This document shows, in pieces, positions 10,076-21,031 of a DNA stretch of 64,000 nt. Numbering within the stretch: position 1 is the stretch's first letter; the number at the start of each line of letters is the position of its first letter. The notes under the pieces are model-generated. The model ran no database searches, had not been told where the DNA came from, and saw nothing but the letters and a program-made list of their open reading frames with translations. Where the stretch lies: the NCBI GenBank assembly GCA_965240325.2, contig OZ251247.1, positions 558,001 through 622,000 of the forward strand, given 5' to 3'. The position numbers and the translations under genes are program-made. The DNA comes from Rebecca billardiae RCC1528. Taxonomy: Eukaryota > Protista > Haptophyta.

Positions 10076-11590
10076 ATGGCCCAACGCGAGAGCGCCGCGG
10101 CGTGCTCGGCGGCGCCGGCGCCGCGGCTGTCTGAGCTACCCGCCGAGGTGATCGAGCGCATCATGCTCGCGGTTCGCCGGACGCATGATATTGCCGCCGC
10201 CAACGCCGCCTCGCGCCTCTTCCGCGGCGCGCCCGGCGGCCGCTCGCCGGTCGAGCACGCGCTGCGCGAGCGCGCTCGTGCTCGCGGGCACGCTTCAGCG
10301 CTGCCCACCGAGCTGCCGGCGGGCGTGCGCACGTGGACCGAGGAGCTCTTCGCCAGGGACCACGTGTGTGTGCTGGCATGGGCGCACTCGAAGCCAGTGG
10401 CTGTCGGTGGCCGCCTCCACCCTTTCACGTCGTTCAGCGCGTTTGTGGACGCGGAGGGCGGGCTGCACACATGCGGCGAGGAGGACGCGTGGGACGAGGC
10501 CACCGGGCTGCTGACTGGCGGATACGCCCCGCCTATGGCGATCGGCCACTCGGATCTGACGGCAGTTCTCGTGCCCACGCGCGTGGCCTCGCTCTCCTTG
10601 GTGTGCGTGCGCGCGGTGGCCGCTGGCTGCCACCACCTGCTCGCGCTGAGCGAGGCCGGCGCCGTGTACGGCTGCGGCGACAACTTCCAAGGCCAACTCG
10701 GGCTGGGTGACGACGACGAGAGGCATGCATTCGCACACGTCCGGGCGCTCGTGGGAGAGGCCGTTGTCTGCATCGCCGCTGGCGGCAGCCACAGCCTCGC
10801 GCTCACCGCCGCTGGGTGCGCGTACAGCTGGGGCCACACCTGGTTCGGCCAGCTCGGCCACGGCGACAGGAAGGACCGGTGGGAGCCGACGCGGATCGAG
10901 GCGCTGGATGGCGTGCGCGTGGGCGGAGTGGCAGCCGGGCACACGCACACGCTGCTGCTCTCGGCAAGCGGCGCCGTCTACTCGTGTGGCCTCGGCTCCT
11001 GGGGCCGGCTCGGCCACGGCGACCAGCAGGATCAGCACACGCCGAGGCGCATCGAGGCGCTCGCGGGCGTGCGCGCCGTGCATGTGAGCGCGGGCTTTGC
11101 GCACAGCCTGGTGGTGGACGCAGAGGGCAGCGTGCACTCCTTCGGCTGGGGCGAACACGGTCCCCTCGGCCATGGCGACGATGTCACCCAGCGCGCGCCC
11201 AAATGCGTCGAGGCGCTGGCGGGCGTGCGCGCCGTGCGCGCGTGCGCTGGCTTCCAGTGCAGTGCGGTGCTGGGCGCGGACGGCAGCGTGCACACGCTCG
11301 GGTTCAACGGGCACGGCCAGTTGGGGCACGGCACCGATGGCAATTGTATGCGTCCGAAGCGCGTGCTGGCCTTCGCGCACGAGCGCGTGGTCTGCTACGC
11401 CGAGCGCCACTCCACCTCGCTGTTCGTGAGTGCGGACGGCAGCGTGTACGCGTGCGGCCAGCGCTCGGCCGCGCTCGGCCTCGGCGTGAGCCGCGCGTCC
11501 AGCATGGCCGCCGGCGGTGCGGGCCAGCAAGATGCGTTGGGGCTGACGCGGGTGGGGCAGCTGCCGCCCGTCTACGTGGGCGAGCGCTAG
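10076..11590 (+). CDS. F-box + RCC1-repeat protein, unit 6
   Basis: Same architecture and same pre-ATG context (GGCGACCAGTGGCAGCGAGG ATG). Confidence 0.9.
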   Translation: MAQRESAAACSAAPAPRLSELPAEVIERIMLAVRRTHDIAAANAASRLFRGAPGGRSPVEHALRERARARGHASALPTELPAGVRTWTEELFARDHVCVLAWAHSKPVAVGGRLHPFTSFSAFVDAEGGLHTCGEEDAWDEATGLLTGGYAPPMAIGHSDLTAVLVPTRVASLSLVCVRAVAAGCHHLLALSEAGAVYGCGDNFQGQLGLGDDDERHAFAHVRALVGEAVVCIAAGGSHSLALTAAGCAYSWGHTWFGQLGHGDRKDRWEPTRIEALDGVRVGGVAAGHTHTLLLSASGAVYSCGLGSWGRLGHGDQQDQHTPRRIEALAGVRAVHVSAGFAHSLVVDAEGSVHSFGWGEHGPLGHGDDVTQRAPKCVEALAGVRAVRACAGFQCSAVLGADGSVHTLGFNGHGQLGHGTDGNCMRPKRVLAFAHERVVCYAERHSTSLFVSADGSVYACGQRSAALGLGVSRASSMAAGGAGQQDALGLTRVGQLPPVYVGER

Positions 11591-11801
11591 GCTTGCCCCG
11601 TTTGACGCGACCGCGCTGACGCCCATCGCGTCTGATGCTGAGCTCAGGAGATCGTTCTAGGTATCGTTACTACAGTATGTCGCATGAGGCGCTGAGTCTG
11701 GACCAGTCACTCTGGAGACCACGCACTGGTCCGGGCGTTTGGCCTTGCCGGACCGGCCAACCGTCGTCCTCGGTGGGCCAAGGCGACCAGTGGCAGCGAG
11801 G

Positions 11802-13331
11802 ATGGCCCAACGCGAGAGCGCCGCGGCGTGCTCGGCGGCGCCGGCGCCGCGGCTGTCTGAGCTACCCGCCGAGGTGATCGAGCGCATCATGCTCGCGGTT
11901 GGTCGGCCACGTGACCTCGCCGCCGCCAACGCCGCCTCGCGCGTCTTCCGCGGCGCGCCCGGCGGCCGCTCGCCGGTCGAGCACGCGCTGCGCGAGCGCG
12001 CTCGTGCTCGCGGGCACGCTTCCGCGCTGCCCACCGAGCTGCCGGCGGGCGTGCGCACGTGGACCGAGGAGCTCTTCGCCAGGGACCACGTGTTTGTGCT
12101 GGCATGGGCGCACTCGATGCCCGTGACTGTCGGTGCCCGCCTCCGCCCTTTCTCGTCGTTCAGCGCGTTTGTGGACGCGGAGGGCGGGCTGCACACATGC
12201 GGCGAGGAGGAGGTGCGGGACGAGGCCACCGGGCGGCTGACGGGCGGATACGCCCCGCCCAAGGTGATCGGCCACTTGGATCTGACGGCAGTGCTCGTGC
12301 CGACGCGCGTGGCCTCGCTCTCCGCGGTGCGCGTGCGCGCGGTGGCCGCTGGCTGCCACCACCTGCTCGCGCTGAGCGAGGCCGGCGCCGTGTACGGCTG
12401 CGGCGACAACTTCTCAGGCCAGCTCGGGCTGCGTGAAGACGATCAGAGGCATGCATTCGCACACGTGCGGGCGCTCGTGGGAGAGGCCATTGTCTGCATC
12501 GCCGCTGGCGGCGAACACAGCCTTGCGCTCACTGCCGCTGGGTGCGCGTACAGCTGGGGCTACAACTACTACGGCCAGCTCGGCCACGGCGACAGGAAGG
12601 GCCGGTGGGAGCCGACGCGCATCGAGGCGCTGGACGGCGTGCGCGTGGGCGGGATGTCGGCTGGGTATGCTCACACGCTGCTGCTTTCGACTGATGGTGA
12701 CGCCTACTCCTGCGGGTACGGCTACTACGGCCGGCTCGGCCACGGCGACCAGCAGGATCAGCACACGCCGAGGCGCATCGAGGCGCTTGCGGGCGTGCGC
12801 GCCGTGCACGTGAGCGCTGGCGGTGCGCACAGCCTGGTGGTGGACGCAGCGGGCAGCGTGCACTCCTTCGGCTGGGGCGAACACGGTCCCCTCGGCCATG
12901 GCGACGGTGTCACCCAGCGCGCGCCCAAATGCGTCGAGGCGCTGGCGGGCGTGCGTGCCGTGCGCGCCAGCGCCGGCTTCCAGTGCAGCGCGGTGCTGGG
13001 CGCGGACGGCAGCGTGCACACGCTCGGGTTCAACGGGCACGGCCAGTTGGGGCACGGCACCGATGGCAATTGTATGCTTCCGAAGCGCGTGCTGGCCGTT
13101 GCGCACGAGCGCGTGGTCTGCTACGCCGAGTGCCACTCCACCTCGCTGTTTGTCAGTGCGAACGGCAGCGTGTACGCGTGCGGCCAGCGCTCGGCCGCGC
13201 TCGGCCTCGGCGTGAGCCGCGCGTCCAGCATGGCCGCCGGCGGTGCGGGCCAGCAAGATGCGTTGGCGCTGACGCGGCTGGGGCAGCTGCCGCCCGTCTA
13301 CGTGGGTGAGCGCTGGGTATGCCCCGCTTGA
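11802..13331 (+). CDS. F-box + RCC1-repeat protein, unit 7
   Basis: Same architecture. Near-identical to unit 5 over most of its length. Confidence 0.9.
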   Translation: MAQRESAAACSAAPAPRLSELPAEVIERIMLAVGRPRDLAAANAASRVFRGAPGGRSPVEHALRERARARGHASALPTELPAGVRTWTEELFARDHVFVLAWAHSMPVTVGARLRPFSSFSAFVDAEGGLHTCGEEEVRDEATGRLTGGYAPPKVIGHLDLTAVLVPTRVASLSAVRVRAVAAGCHHLLALSEAGAVYGCGDNFSGQLGLREDDQRHAFAHVRALVGEAIVCIAAGGEHSLALTAAGCAYSWGYNYYGQLGHGDRKGRWEPTRIEALDGVRVGGMSAGYAHTLLLSTDGDAYSCGYGYYGRLGHGDQQDQHTPRRIEALAGVRAVHVSAGGAHSLVVDAAGSVHSFGWGEHGPLGHGDGVTQRAPKCVEALAGVRAVRASAGFQCSAVLGADGSVHTLGFNGHGQLGHGTDGNCMLPKRVLAVAHERVVCYAECHSTSLFVSANGSVYACGQRSAALGLGVSRASSMAAGGAGQQDALALTRLGQLPPVYVGERWVCPA

Positions 13332-13714
13332 CGCGACCGCGCTGGCGCCCGTCGCAGCTGCCGCCGAGCTGTATAGACACGTATGCTGAGAGTGAGGGCG
13401 GCGATATGATTCATCTGGCCACAATGACTGAATGAGAATATGCGAATTGGTCCGGCGTTTGGTCTCTGCCGGACCGGTCACAGCAGGTCCATGCGAGCCG
13501 CGCAGCGCAGGTGGATCGCGCTCCAGCAGCTCAAGGCCGCGCTCAAGCCATTCGATCGCGGTTCAGGCTATGCTCTGCCACCAGCGCCGACTTTGTCGAC
13601 GATCGGGCACTGCCGACGACGAATCAGGAGACCTGCGCCGTCCTACCTGTGTCGTTAAATCATAGAATGGGTCAACCGTCGTCCGGCGGGCCAAGGCGAC
13701 CAGTGGCAGCGAGG

Positions 13715-15226
13715 ATGGCCCAACGCGAGAGCGCCGCGGCGTGCTCGGCGGCGCCGGCGCCGCGGCTGTCTGAGCTACCCGCAGAGGTCATCGAGCGCAT
13801 CCTGCTCGCGGTTCGCCGGACGCGTGATATTGCCGCCGCCAACGCCGCCTCGCGCCTCTTCCGCGGCGCGCCCGGCTGCCGCTCGCCGGTGGAGCACGCA
13901 CTGCGCGAGCGCGCTTGTGCTCGCGGGCACGCTTCCGCGCTGCCGACCGAGCTGCCGGCGGGCGTCTGCACGTGGTCCGAGGAGCTGTTCGCGCGCGACT
14001 ACCTGTATGAGCTGGCGTGGGCGCACGCGATGCCAGTGGCTGTCGGCAGCCGCCTCGAAGGTTTCTGGCCGTTCAGCGCGTTTGTGGACGCGGAGGGCGG
14101 GCTGCACACGTGCGGCGACGAGGAGGAGTGGGACGAGGTCGGGGAGCCGACGGGCGAGTACGTCTCGCACATGGCTATCGGCCACTCGGCTCTGACGGCA
14201 ATGCTCGCGCCGACGCGCGTGGCCTCGCTCTCCGCGGTGCGCGTGGTCGCTGTGGCGGCTGGCGCTGCCCACCTGCTCGCGCTGAGCGAGGCCGGCACCG
14301 TGTACGGCTGCGGCTACAACGGGTACGGCCAGCTCGGACTGGGGGACGATGAGACGCGGTGGTCCTTCGCTCTGGTCGGCGCCTTGCGAGAGGAGCCCGC
14401 CGTGGGCATATCAGCTTGCGGGGACCACAGTCTCGCGCTCAGCGCCGCTGGCTGTGCGTACAGCTGGGGCTACAACTACTACGGCCAGCTCGGCCACGGC
14501 GACACGAAGGCGCGGTGGAAGCCGACGCGCATCGAGGCGCTGGACGGCGTGCGCGTAGGCGGGATGGCCGCGAGTGGCACCCACACGCTGCTGCTCTCGT
14601 CAAATGGGGCCGTGTACTCGTGTGGCGTTGGCTACAAGGGCCAGCTCGGCCACGGCGACCGGCAGCGTCAGCACACGCCGAGGCGCATCGAGGCGCTCGC
14701 GGGCGTGTGCGCAGTGCACGTGAGCGCGGGCAGGCTGCACAGCCTGGTAGTGGACGCGGAGGGACGGGTGCACTCTTTTGGCAATGAGGCACGTGGCCAG
14801 CTTGGGCACGGTGTCGAAGGCACTCAGCTCGTGCCCACGCCTATTGCAGCGCTGGAGGGCGTGCGCGCGGTGCGTGCGTGCGCTGGCAACGACAGCAGCG
14901 CAGTGCTGGGCGCGGACGGCAGCGTGCACACGTTCGGGTACAACAGGGACGGCCTGCTGGGGCACGGCACCGATGGCGCTCGTGAGCTGCCCAAGCGCGT
15001 GCACGCCCTCGCGCACGAGCGCGTGTTCCGGTACGCCGTGTGCCGCTCCCACGCACTGTGTGTGACGGCGGACGGCAGCGTGTACGCGTGTGGCCAGCGC
15101 TCGGCCGCGCTCGGCCTCGGCGTGAGCCGCGCGTCCAGCATGGCCGCCGGCGGTGCGGCCCAGCGAGATGCGTTGGGGCTGACGCGGGTGGGGCAGCTGC
15201 CGCCCGTCTACGTGGGCGAGCGCTAG
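13715..15226 (+). CDS. F-box + RCC1-repeat protein, unit 8
   Basis: Same architecture and pre-ATG context. Confidence 0.9.
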   Translation: MAQRESAAACSAAPAPRLSELPAEVIERILLAVRRTRDIAAANAASRLFRGAPGCRSPVEHALRERACARGHASALPTELPAGVCTWSEELFARDYLYELAWAHAMPVAVGSRLEGFWPFSAFVDAEGGLHTCGDEEEWDEVGEPTGEYVSHMAIGHSALTAMLAPTRVASLSAVRVVAVAAGAAHLLALSEAGTVYGCGYNGYGQLGLGDDETRWSFALVGALREEPAVGISACGDHSLALSAAGCAYSWGYNYYGQLGHGDTKARWKPTRIEALDGVRVGGMAASGTHTLLLSSNGAVYSCGVGYKGQLGHGDRQRQHTPRRIEALAGVCAVHVSAGRLHSLVVDAEGRVHSFGNEARGQLGHGVEGTQLVPTPIAALEGVRAVRACAGNDSSAVLGADGSVHTFGYNRDGLLGHGTDGARELPKRVHALAHERVFRYAVCRSHALCVTADGSVYACGQRSAALGLGVSRASSMAAGGAAQRDALGLTRVGQLPPVYVGER

Positions 15227-15522
15227 GCATGCCCCGCTTGACGCGACCGCGCTGGTGCCCGAACAGAGCGCCTGTCACAGTGTCAGACCTGGAAAAAATA
15301 TCGTCGCGATATCATTATTGCGCGCCGAAAACGCGGAGAACTCGTCGCGCGATTGCCGAATAAACGAATATAACTGCGACGATCGAATTCGACTGATGAA
15401 TAAAATGCGCCACGGCAGGGCTGCCACGTCGGCAGCGCGGCGGCTGACGTGGCGGCCTTGCCGCAGTCGCAGCGCGTCGCGACTGCGCTCGCTCCCCGCG
15501 CGCGCGCGCACTCGCCGACACG

Positions 15523-16916
15523 ATGGCGACCCGCACGGCCTCGTCGCGGCTGCGCATGGCGACGCTGCTCGTCGCGCCGCTCCTCACGCTCGACGCCGTC
15601 CTCGCCGCCACCGCCACGCCGCTCCGCCGAGACGACGCACCGCCGGCCGCCGGCCGCCGCGTCGCGTCTGGAAGCGCCTCCGCCGCCGCCGCGCGCGCGC
15701 TCGGCGACGACGGCGTGCGCGGGCTGCGCGGGCGCACGAGCGTGGCGCAGTCGAGCCTCACCCAGTCCTCCCTGCTGCGCGGAGGCCACGTCGCCTCCCG
15801 CTTGCTCGGCGGCGACGCCGCCGCCGCCACGGCCGCCCTTGGGCCGTCGGCCGCTGCACCGGGCGGCTTGCCCGCCGGCGTGAGTCCGGCGGACGCCGAG
15901 CGCTGCGCCGCGGCGGCGCGCGCGTGCGCGTCCGCCATGCGCCTCCGCGGCGGCGCCTCCGCCGCCTCCGCCGCCGCCGCCGACGACGACGGCGCGGCCC
16001 CCACCGCGGGCGAACGATCACGGCGCTGGGGCACGGCGCGGCGGCTGCTGCGATCGCTGCGCGGCGGCGCTGCCAAGGGCGGCAAGGGGGCGACGGAGGA
16101 GGAGAAGGCGGACGGCGTGTGCATCGGCATCGACCTGGGCACCACCTACTCGTGCGTCGGCGTGTGGCAGGTGCGCCGCCCGCGCCATCAGCCGCGCAGT
16201 GCGCGACTGGGCGCGCCCCCCTCCGCTCGCCCGCACCCTCACCCCAGCCCTAACCCTAACCCTAACCCTAACCCTCACCCCAAACTCGCCCACACCCGCC
16301 GCGCCTGCCGCCGCCGCCCGCCGCCGCCTGCCGCCCGCGCCTGTGCGGCTCCGCAGAACAACCGCGTGGAGATCATCGCTAACGATCAGGGCAACCGCAT
16401 CACGCCGTCCTACGTCGCGTGGGCCCCGCCCGCCGCCGCCGCCGACGCCTCCGCCGAGCCCACCCGCCTGATCGGCGACGCGGCCAAGAACCAGGCCGCG
16501 CGCAACCCGACCGGCACGGTGTACGACGCCAAGCGGCTCGTGGGGCGAAAGTTCTCGGAACCTTCCGTGCAGGCGGACCGGAAGCTGTGGCCGTTCGAGG
16601 TGGTGGACAAGGTGCGCCCCGCGCCCGCGCGCGCGCGCCCGCCTGCTCCGCCGGCCCCGGCGTGCCGCGCGCTCCGCCCCAGCACACCGCCGCCCCGGCA
16701 CACCCAACAGCCCACGCACACTCGCCTGCGCACACGCGCGCGCGCGCGCGGGCGCGCTCTCGCCGTGCGCGCCCGCAGGGCGGCAAGCCGTATGTGCGCG
16801 TGCCCTACGGCTCGGGCTCTCGCACGTTCAGCCCGGAGGAGATCTCCGCGATGGTGCTGCAGAAGATGCGCGCCACCGCCGAGTCGTACCTCGGCACGCC
16901 GGTCAAGTCGGCGGTG

Positions 16917-16951
<35 letters not shown>

Positions 16952-19900
16952 GCAGGCGACTAAGGACGCCGGCACGATCGCCGGGCTGAAAGTGCTTCGG
17001 GTGATCAACGAGCCGACGGCGGCGGCGATCGCGTACGGGCTGGACAAGGGCTCGGGCGGCGGCGCCAAGGCCGGCGGCGCCGAGCGCAACGTGCTCGTCT
17101 TCGACCTCGGCGGCGGCACGTTTGACGTCACTCTACTCACTATTGAGGAGGGCGTCTTCGAAGTCAAGGCCACCGATGGAGATACCCACCTGGGTGGGGA
17201 GGATTTTGACCAGCGGTTGATGCGCTACCTGATGGGGCAGTTCCAGAAGAAGCACGGCGTGGACATGGCCGGCGACAAGCGCGCGGTGCAGCGCCTCCGC
17301 TCCGCGTGCGAGACGCTCAAGCGCACGCTCTCCACGCAGACGTCCGGTGCGCGCGCGCGCGCGCGACGCACCGCGCGCGCGGCTTTTCGGGCGCGGCGGG
17401 AAAAAAAAATGCGCAAAAGAAATTGCGCCAGGAAAATCAGCCGCGAAGATTCGCTCTGCTGACTGCCCCGCCCCGCCCCCTCGGCGCGGCGCAGGCGCGG
17501 TGGAGCTCGAGGCGCTGCACCAGGGGCTGGACATGACCGAGACGGTCACGCGCGCGCGCTTCGAGGAGCTCAACGCCGACCTCTTCAAGAAGACGCTCGG
17601 GCCGGGTGCGCCGCGCGCGCGCGCCGACGCGGCGCGCGGTCGCGCGGGGCGGCGCGACGACGACACGAGCGAACGGGCCCTCGGGAGCATTTTCTGGATT
17701 TGATTTTTATTCTGTGTTCATTTGTGTGTGCGCGCTTCTTTTCTGTTGCGTGGCGGGAGGGTTGGGCGCGGGTCTCCGGGTGGCGGTGCGCGAAGGGGTA
17801 GCCTCCTTCGCGCCACCGCAGCGGGCTTTTGCGGAGCGCCTCTCCCCGTGGCGCACGCTCCGCACCGCAAACACCCCACAGCCGGCGCCGCGCGGCTGAG
17901 CTGCCTGCCCGCAAGGGCGTGGCCTCGCCCGCGGCGCGCAACGCATATCTCATCGTCCGCGTGGAGCCGCTCAGGCCGTGACCACCGGGACAAACCATGC
18001 GAAGCACACCCACCGAGCACACACGCGGGGCGCGCCGCGCACGGTGGCGGGGCGCGCGGGCGCACGCCGCGGCGGGCGACGCGGGGCGCGCGCGCGACGG
18101 CTGACGGGTGCGCCCGCGCGGCCGTTACGCGGCCGTTACGCGCGCGCCTTGCGCCGCAGTGGCGAAGGTGCTGCAGGACGCGGGCATGCAGAAGTCGGAG
18201 GTGCACGAGGTCGTGCTCATCGGCGGCTCCACGCGCATCCCCAAGGTCCAGGCGCTGCTGCGAGACTTCTTCGGAGGCAAGGTGCGGCACCGGCGCGCCC
18301 ACTGCGGCACCGGCGCGCCCACTGCGGTACCGGCGCGCCCACTGCGGCACCGGCGCGCCCGCCGCGCGCGCACCGGCACCCGGCGGCCGCGGCGCAGTGC
18401 GGCGAGCGGGGCGCGCGGGCGGTGGCGTGTGCGTCCGCTGCGATGCACCCGGCGCGTGATGCTCACCCGACCCGCCGCCCTCGCCGCCCCCCCCCCCCCT
18501 TCGCCCCACCCCTCTCCCCCTGCGCCGCGCCGCTGCCAACCTTGCCGCCCCCATCTTGGCGCCGCCGCCGCCGTCGCCCGCCGCCGTCGCCGCCCGTCCG
18601 TCGCCGCCCGTCCTCCGCGGCGCAGGAGCTGAACAAGGGGATCAACCCCGACGAGGCAGTGGCATACGGCGCCGCGGTCCAGGTGCGCGCGCCCCCTGCG
18701 CCTCGCCGCGCGCCCTGCACCGCCTGCCGCGCGGCGGCACCGCGCGCGCGACCGGTGCGGCCGCGCCCACTGCGGCACCGGCGGCCGCCGCCGCCGCGGC
18801 TTCCGGTGGCGGGGCCAGCGCGCACTGGGCGCGCGCGAGGGCGGGCGGTGGGCGGGCTTGGGGTGTGTCTTGGAGGGTCACGAGCGCGCGCACGCGCGTA
18901 CGGGTGGCGGTGCGCGAAGGGGTAGCCTCCTTCGCGTCACCGCAGCGGGCTTTTGCGGAGCGCCTCTCCCCGTGGCGCACGCTCCGCACCGCAAACACCC
19001 CACAGCCGGCGCCGCGCGGCTGAGCTGCCTGCCCGAAAGGGCGTGGCCTCGCCCGCGGCGCGCAACGCATATCTCATCGTCCGCGTGGAGCCGCTCAGGC
19101 CATGACCACCGGGACAAACCATGCGAAGCACACCCACGCGGGTAATATGGGTATCTGGGGGTCATTGGAAGGGGGGGGGCTAGGCGGTGGGGTCAGCTGG
19201 GCAGCGGGCTGTCGGAGTTCTGAGCGCGCGCGCGCGCCGCACGCCACGGCACGCGCGCGGGCTGGGCTATTGTCACTGAGCGCGCCCGCCGCCGCGCGCG
19301 CGCGCGCGCGTTCTCGCAGGCGGGGATCCTCTCGGGCGCGGCCTCTGACGAGACGAAGGACCTGCTGCTCCTCGACGTCGCGCCGCTCTCGCTCGGCATC
19401 GAGACAGCAGGCGGTGCGCCGCCGCGCGCCCGCGCCGCCGCCGCCGGGGTCGGCCCCGCGCGCGCGCGCCGGCGCAGCGCAGCGCCGCGCGCGGCCGCCG
19501 TGGCGCGCTCCGCACTCACCCCGCGCCGCGCACCACCCAACCCCACCGCCGCCGCCACCGCCGCCGCCGGTGCGTCGGCGCGCGTGCCGCGCAGGCGTGA
19601 TGACCGTGCTCATCCCGCGCGGCACCACCATCCCCTGCCACAAGTCGCAAACTTTCTCCACCTTTGCCGACAACCAGCCGGCGGTGGACGTGCAAATCTT
19701 CGAGGGCGAGCGCAAGATGACCAAGGACAACCACGGCCTCGGGCGGTTCACGCTGAACGGGATCCCGCCCGCGCCGCGCGGCGTGCCGCAGATCGAGGTG
19801 AGCCTCGACGTGGACGCGAACGGGATCCTGCAGGTCTCCGCCGAGGAGAAGGCCTCGGGTGCGCGCACGCCGCCGCGCCGCCGCGCCGCGCGCCCACTGC

Positions 19901-21031
19901 GGTACGGACCCCGGCCGCTGCGGCGAGAGCGAGCGCGCGCGCGCGCGCCGCCGCGGCCGCTGACGCGCACGCGCCCGCACACGCGCCCCCACGCCCGCAG
20001 GCAAGGCGCAGAAGATCGTCGTCACGCCGGAGAAGGGCCGGCTTTCAGACTCGGACATCGAGCGCATGGTCCGGGAGGCGGAGGAGTACGCCGAGCAGGA
20101 CAAGTGCGCGCTGCTGCGCACCCTGCCCTGCGCGCGGGTGCACGCGTAGGGTTGCGGGTTTTAGGGTTTTAGGGTAGGGTTAGGGTTAGGGTTAGGCGTA
20201 GGGCGGTTTACCCCAAAGCCTGGCCCTGGCCATGGCCCGTGTGGCGACGGGCCGCTCGCCGCGGTGCCCACCGACCGCCGTGTGCCGGCGGCTTCGCCCC
20301 GGCAGGCCGTGCGTGCCCGGGCCGCGCCACCGCACCGCGCGCGGCTGCCGCGCCCGGCCGGCCGCGACCGCGCTCAACCGACACGCCCCCCCCCCCCCCG
20401 GGTGCCCCCCTCGCCCGCCGCCGCGGCACGCAGGGACAACGTGGCGCGGGTGGAGGCGCGCAACGGGCTCGAGGCGTACTGCTACAACCTGAAGAGCACC
20501 GCGCTCACCGGCGCGATGGCGGAGAAGCTCGAGCCATCGGACAAGGAGGAGCTCACGGTGCGGCGCGCCCACTGCGGCACCGCGCGCCCACTGCGGCACC
20601 GCGCGCGCCCGCGCCGGCACAACTGCGCGCGCGTCCACGGTGGCGCACCGCGCGAACACGCCGCTGTCGTGCACACCCCAACCCCGCGCCTGCACTCGCC
20701 ACGCTGCGCATCTCGCTCACTCGCAATCCCCCGCAACCCCCCTCGATCCCAATCTCGCGCAATCTCGCGCGCTGCGCAGGGCGCGGTGGAGGGCGCGCTC
20801 AAGTGGCTCGAGTCCGAGGCGGACGCGTCCACGCCCGCCGAGACGTACGGCGAGAAGCAGAAGGAGGTCGAGGCGGTCGCGGCGCCCATCATGCAGAAGG
20901 TGTACGCACAGACCGGCCCCGGCGGCGCGGGCGCTGCGGGCGGCGCAGCAGGGCCCTCGGTGGACGACGCCGACGGCGGCGGCAGCGCTGACGACGACGA
21001 CAGCCAGCCGCAGGTCGAGGAGATCGACTGA
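15523..21031 (+). CDS. HSP70: Hsp70-family chaperone (BiP-like core, ~200-aa N-terminal extension, C-terminal EEID); 11 exons: 15523-16170, 16357-16611, 16779-17346, 17495-17605, 18160-18281, 18626-18682, 19320-19413, 19595-19858, 20001-20103, 20434-20557, 20780-21031
   Basis: Signatures [92 protein letters not shown]. All introns are GT..CAG and splicing keeps the frame. Confidence 0.95.
16248..16277 (+). repeat. Interstitial telomere-like (CCCTAA)n in Hsp70 intron 1; similar arrays at ~20160-20195 (TTAGGG), 55637-55655, 57072-57110, 57770-57798, 60182-60225, 62270-62316
   Basis: Directly visible hexamer arrays. Confidence 0.9.
17777..18011 (+). ncRNA. U17/snR30 (SNORA73)-like H/ACA snoRNA, copy 1, in Hsp70 intron 4
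   Basis: m2 motif AAACCAT (17992-17998) lies exactly 7 nt before an ACA box (18006-18008). m1-like ATATCTCAT (17945-17953) is on the opposite side of the 3' hairpin. Several stems. Near-identical second copy in intron 6. No canonical H box identified; 5' end approximate. Confidence 0.78.
18901..19135 (+). ncRNA. U17/snR30 (SNORA73)-like H/ACA snoRNA, copy 2, in Hsp70 intron 6
   Basis: Three substitutions relative to copy 1 over ~235 nt. m2 at 19116-19122, ACA at 19130-19132. Similarity stops just after ACA+3 nt. Confidence 0.78.

Noticed and set aside
2951-15226. UVR8 photoreceptor, true RCC1 or HERC identity for the repeat proteins
   Set aside because: No conserved GWRHT tryptophan triad and no HECT domain. 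The N-terminal F-box-like motif and multicopy variability do not fit.
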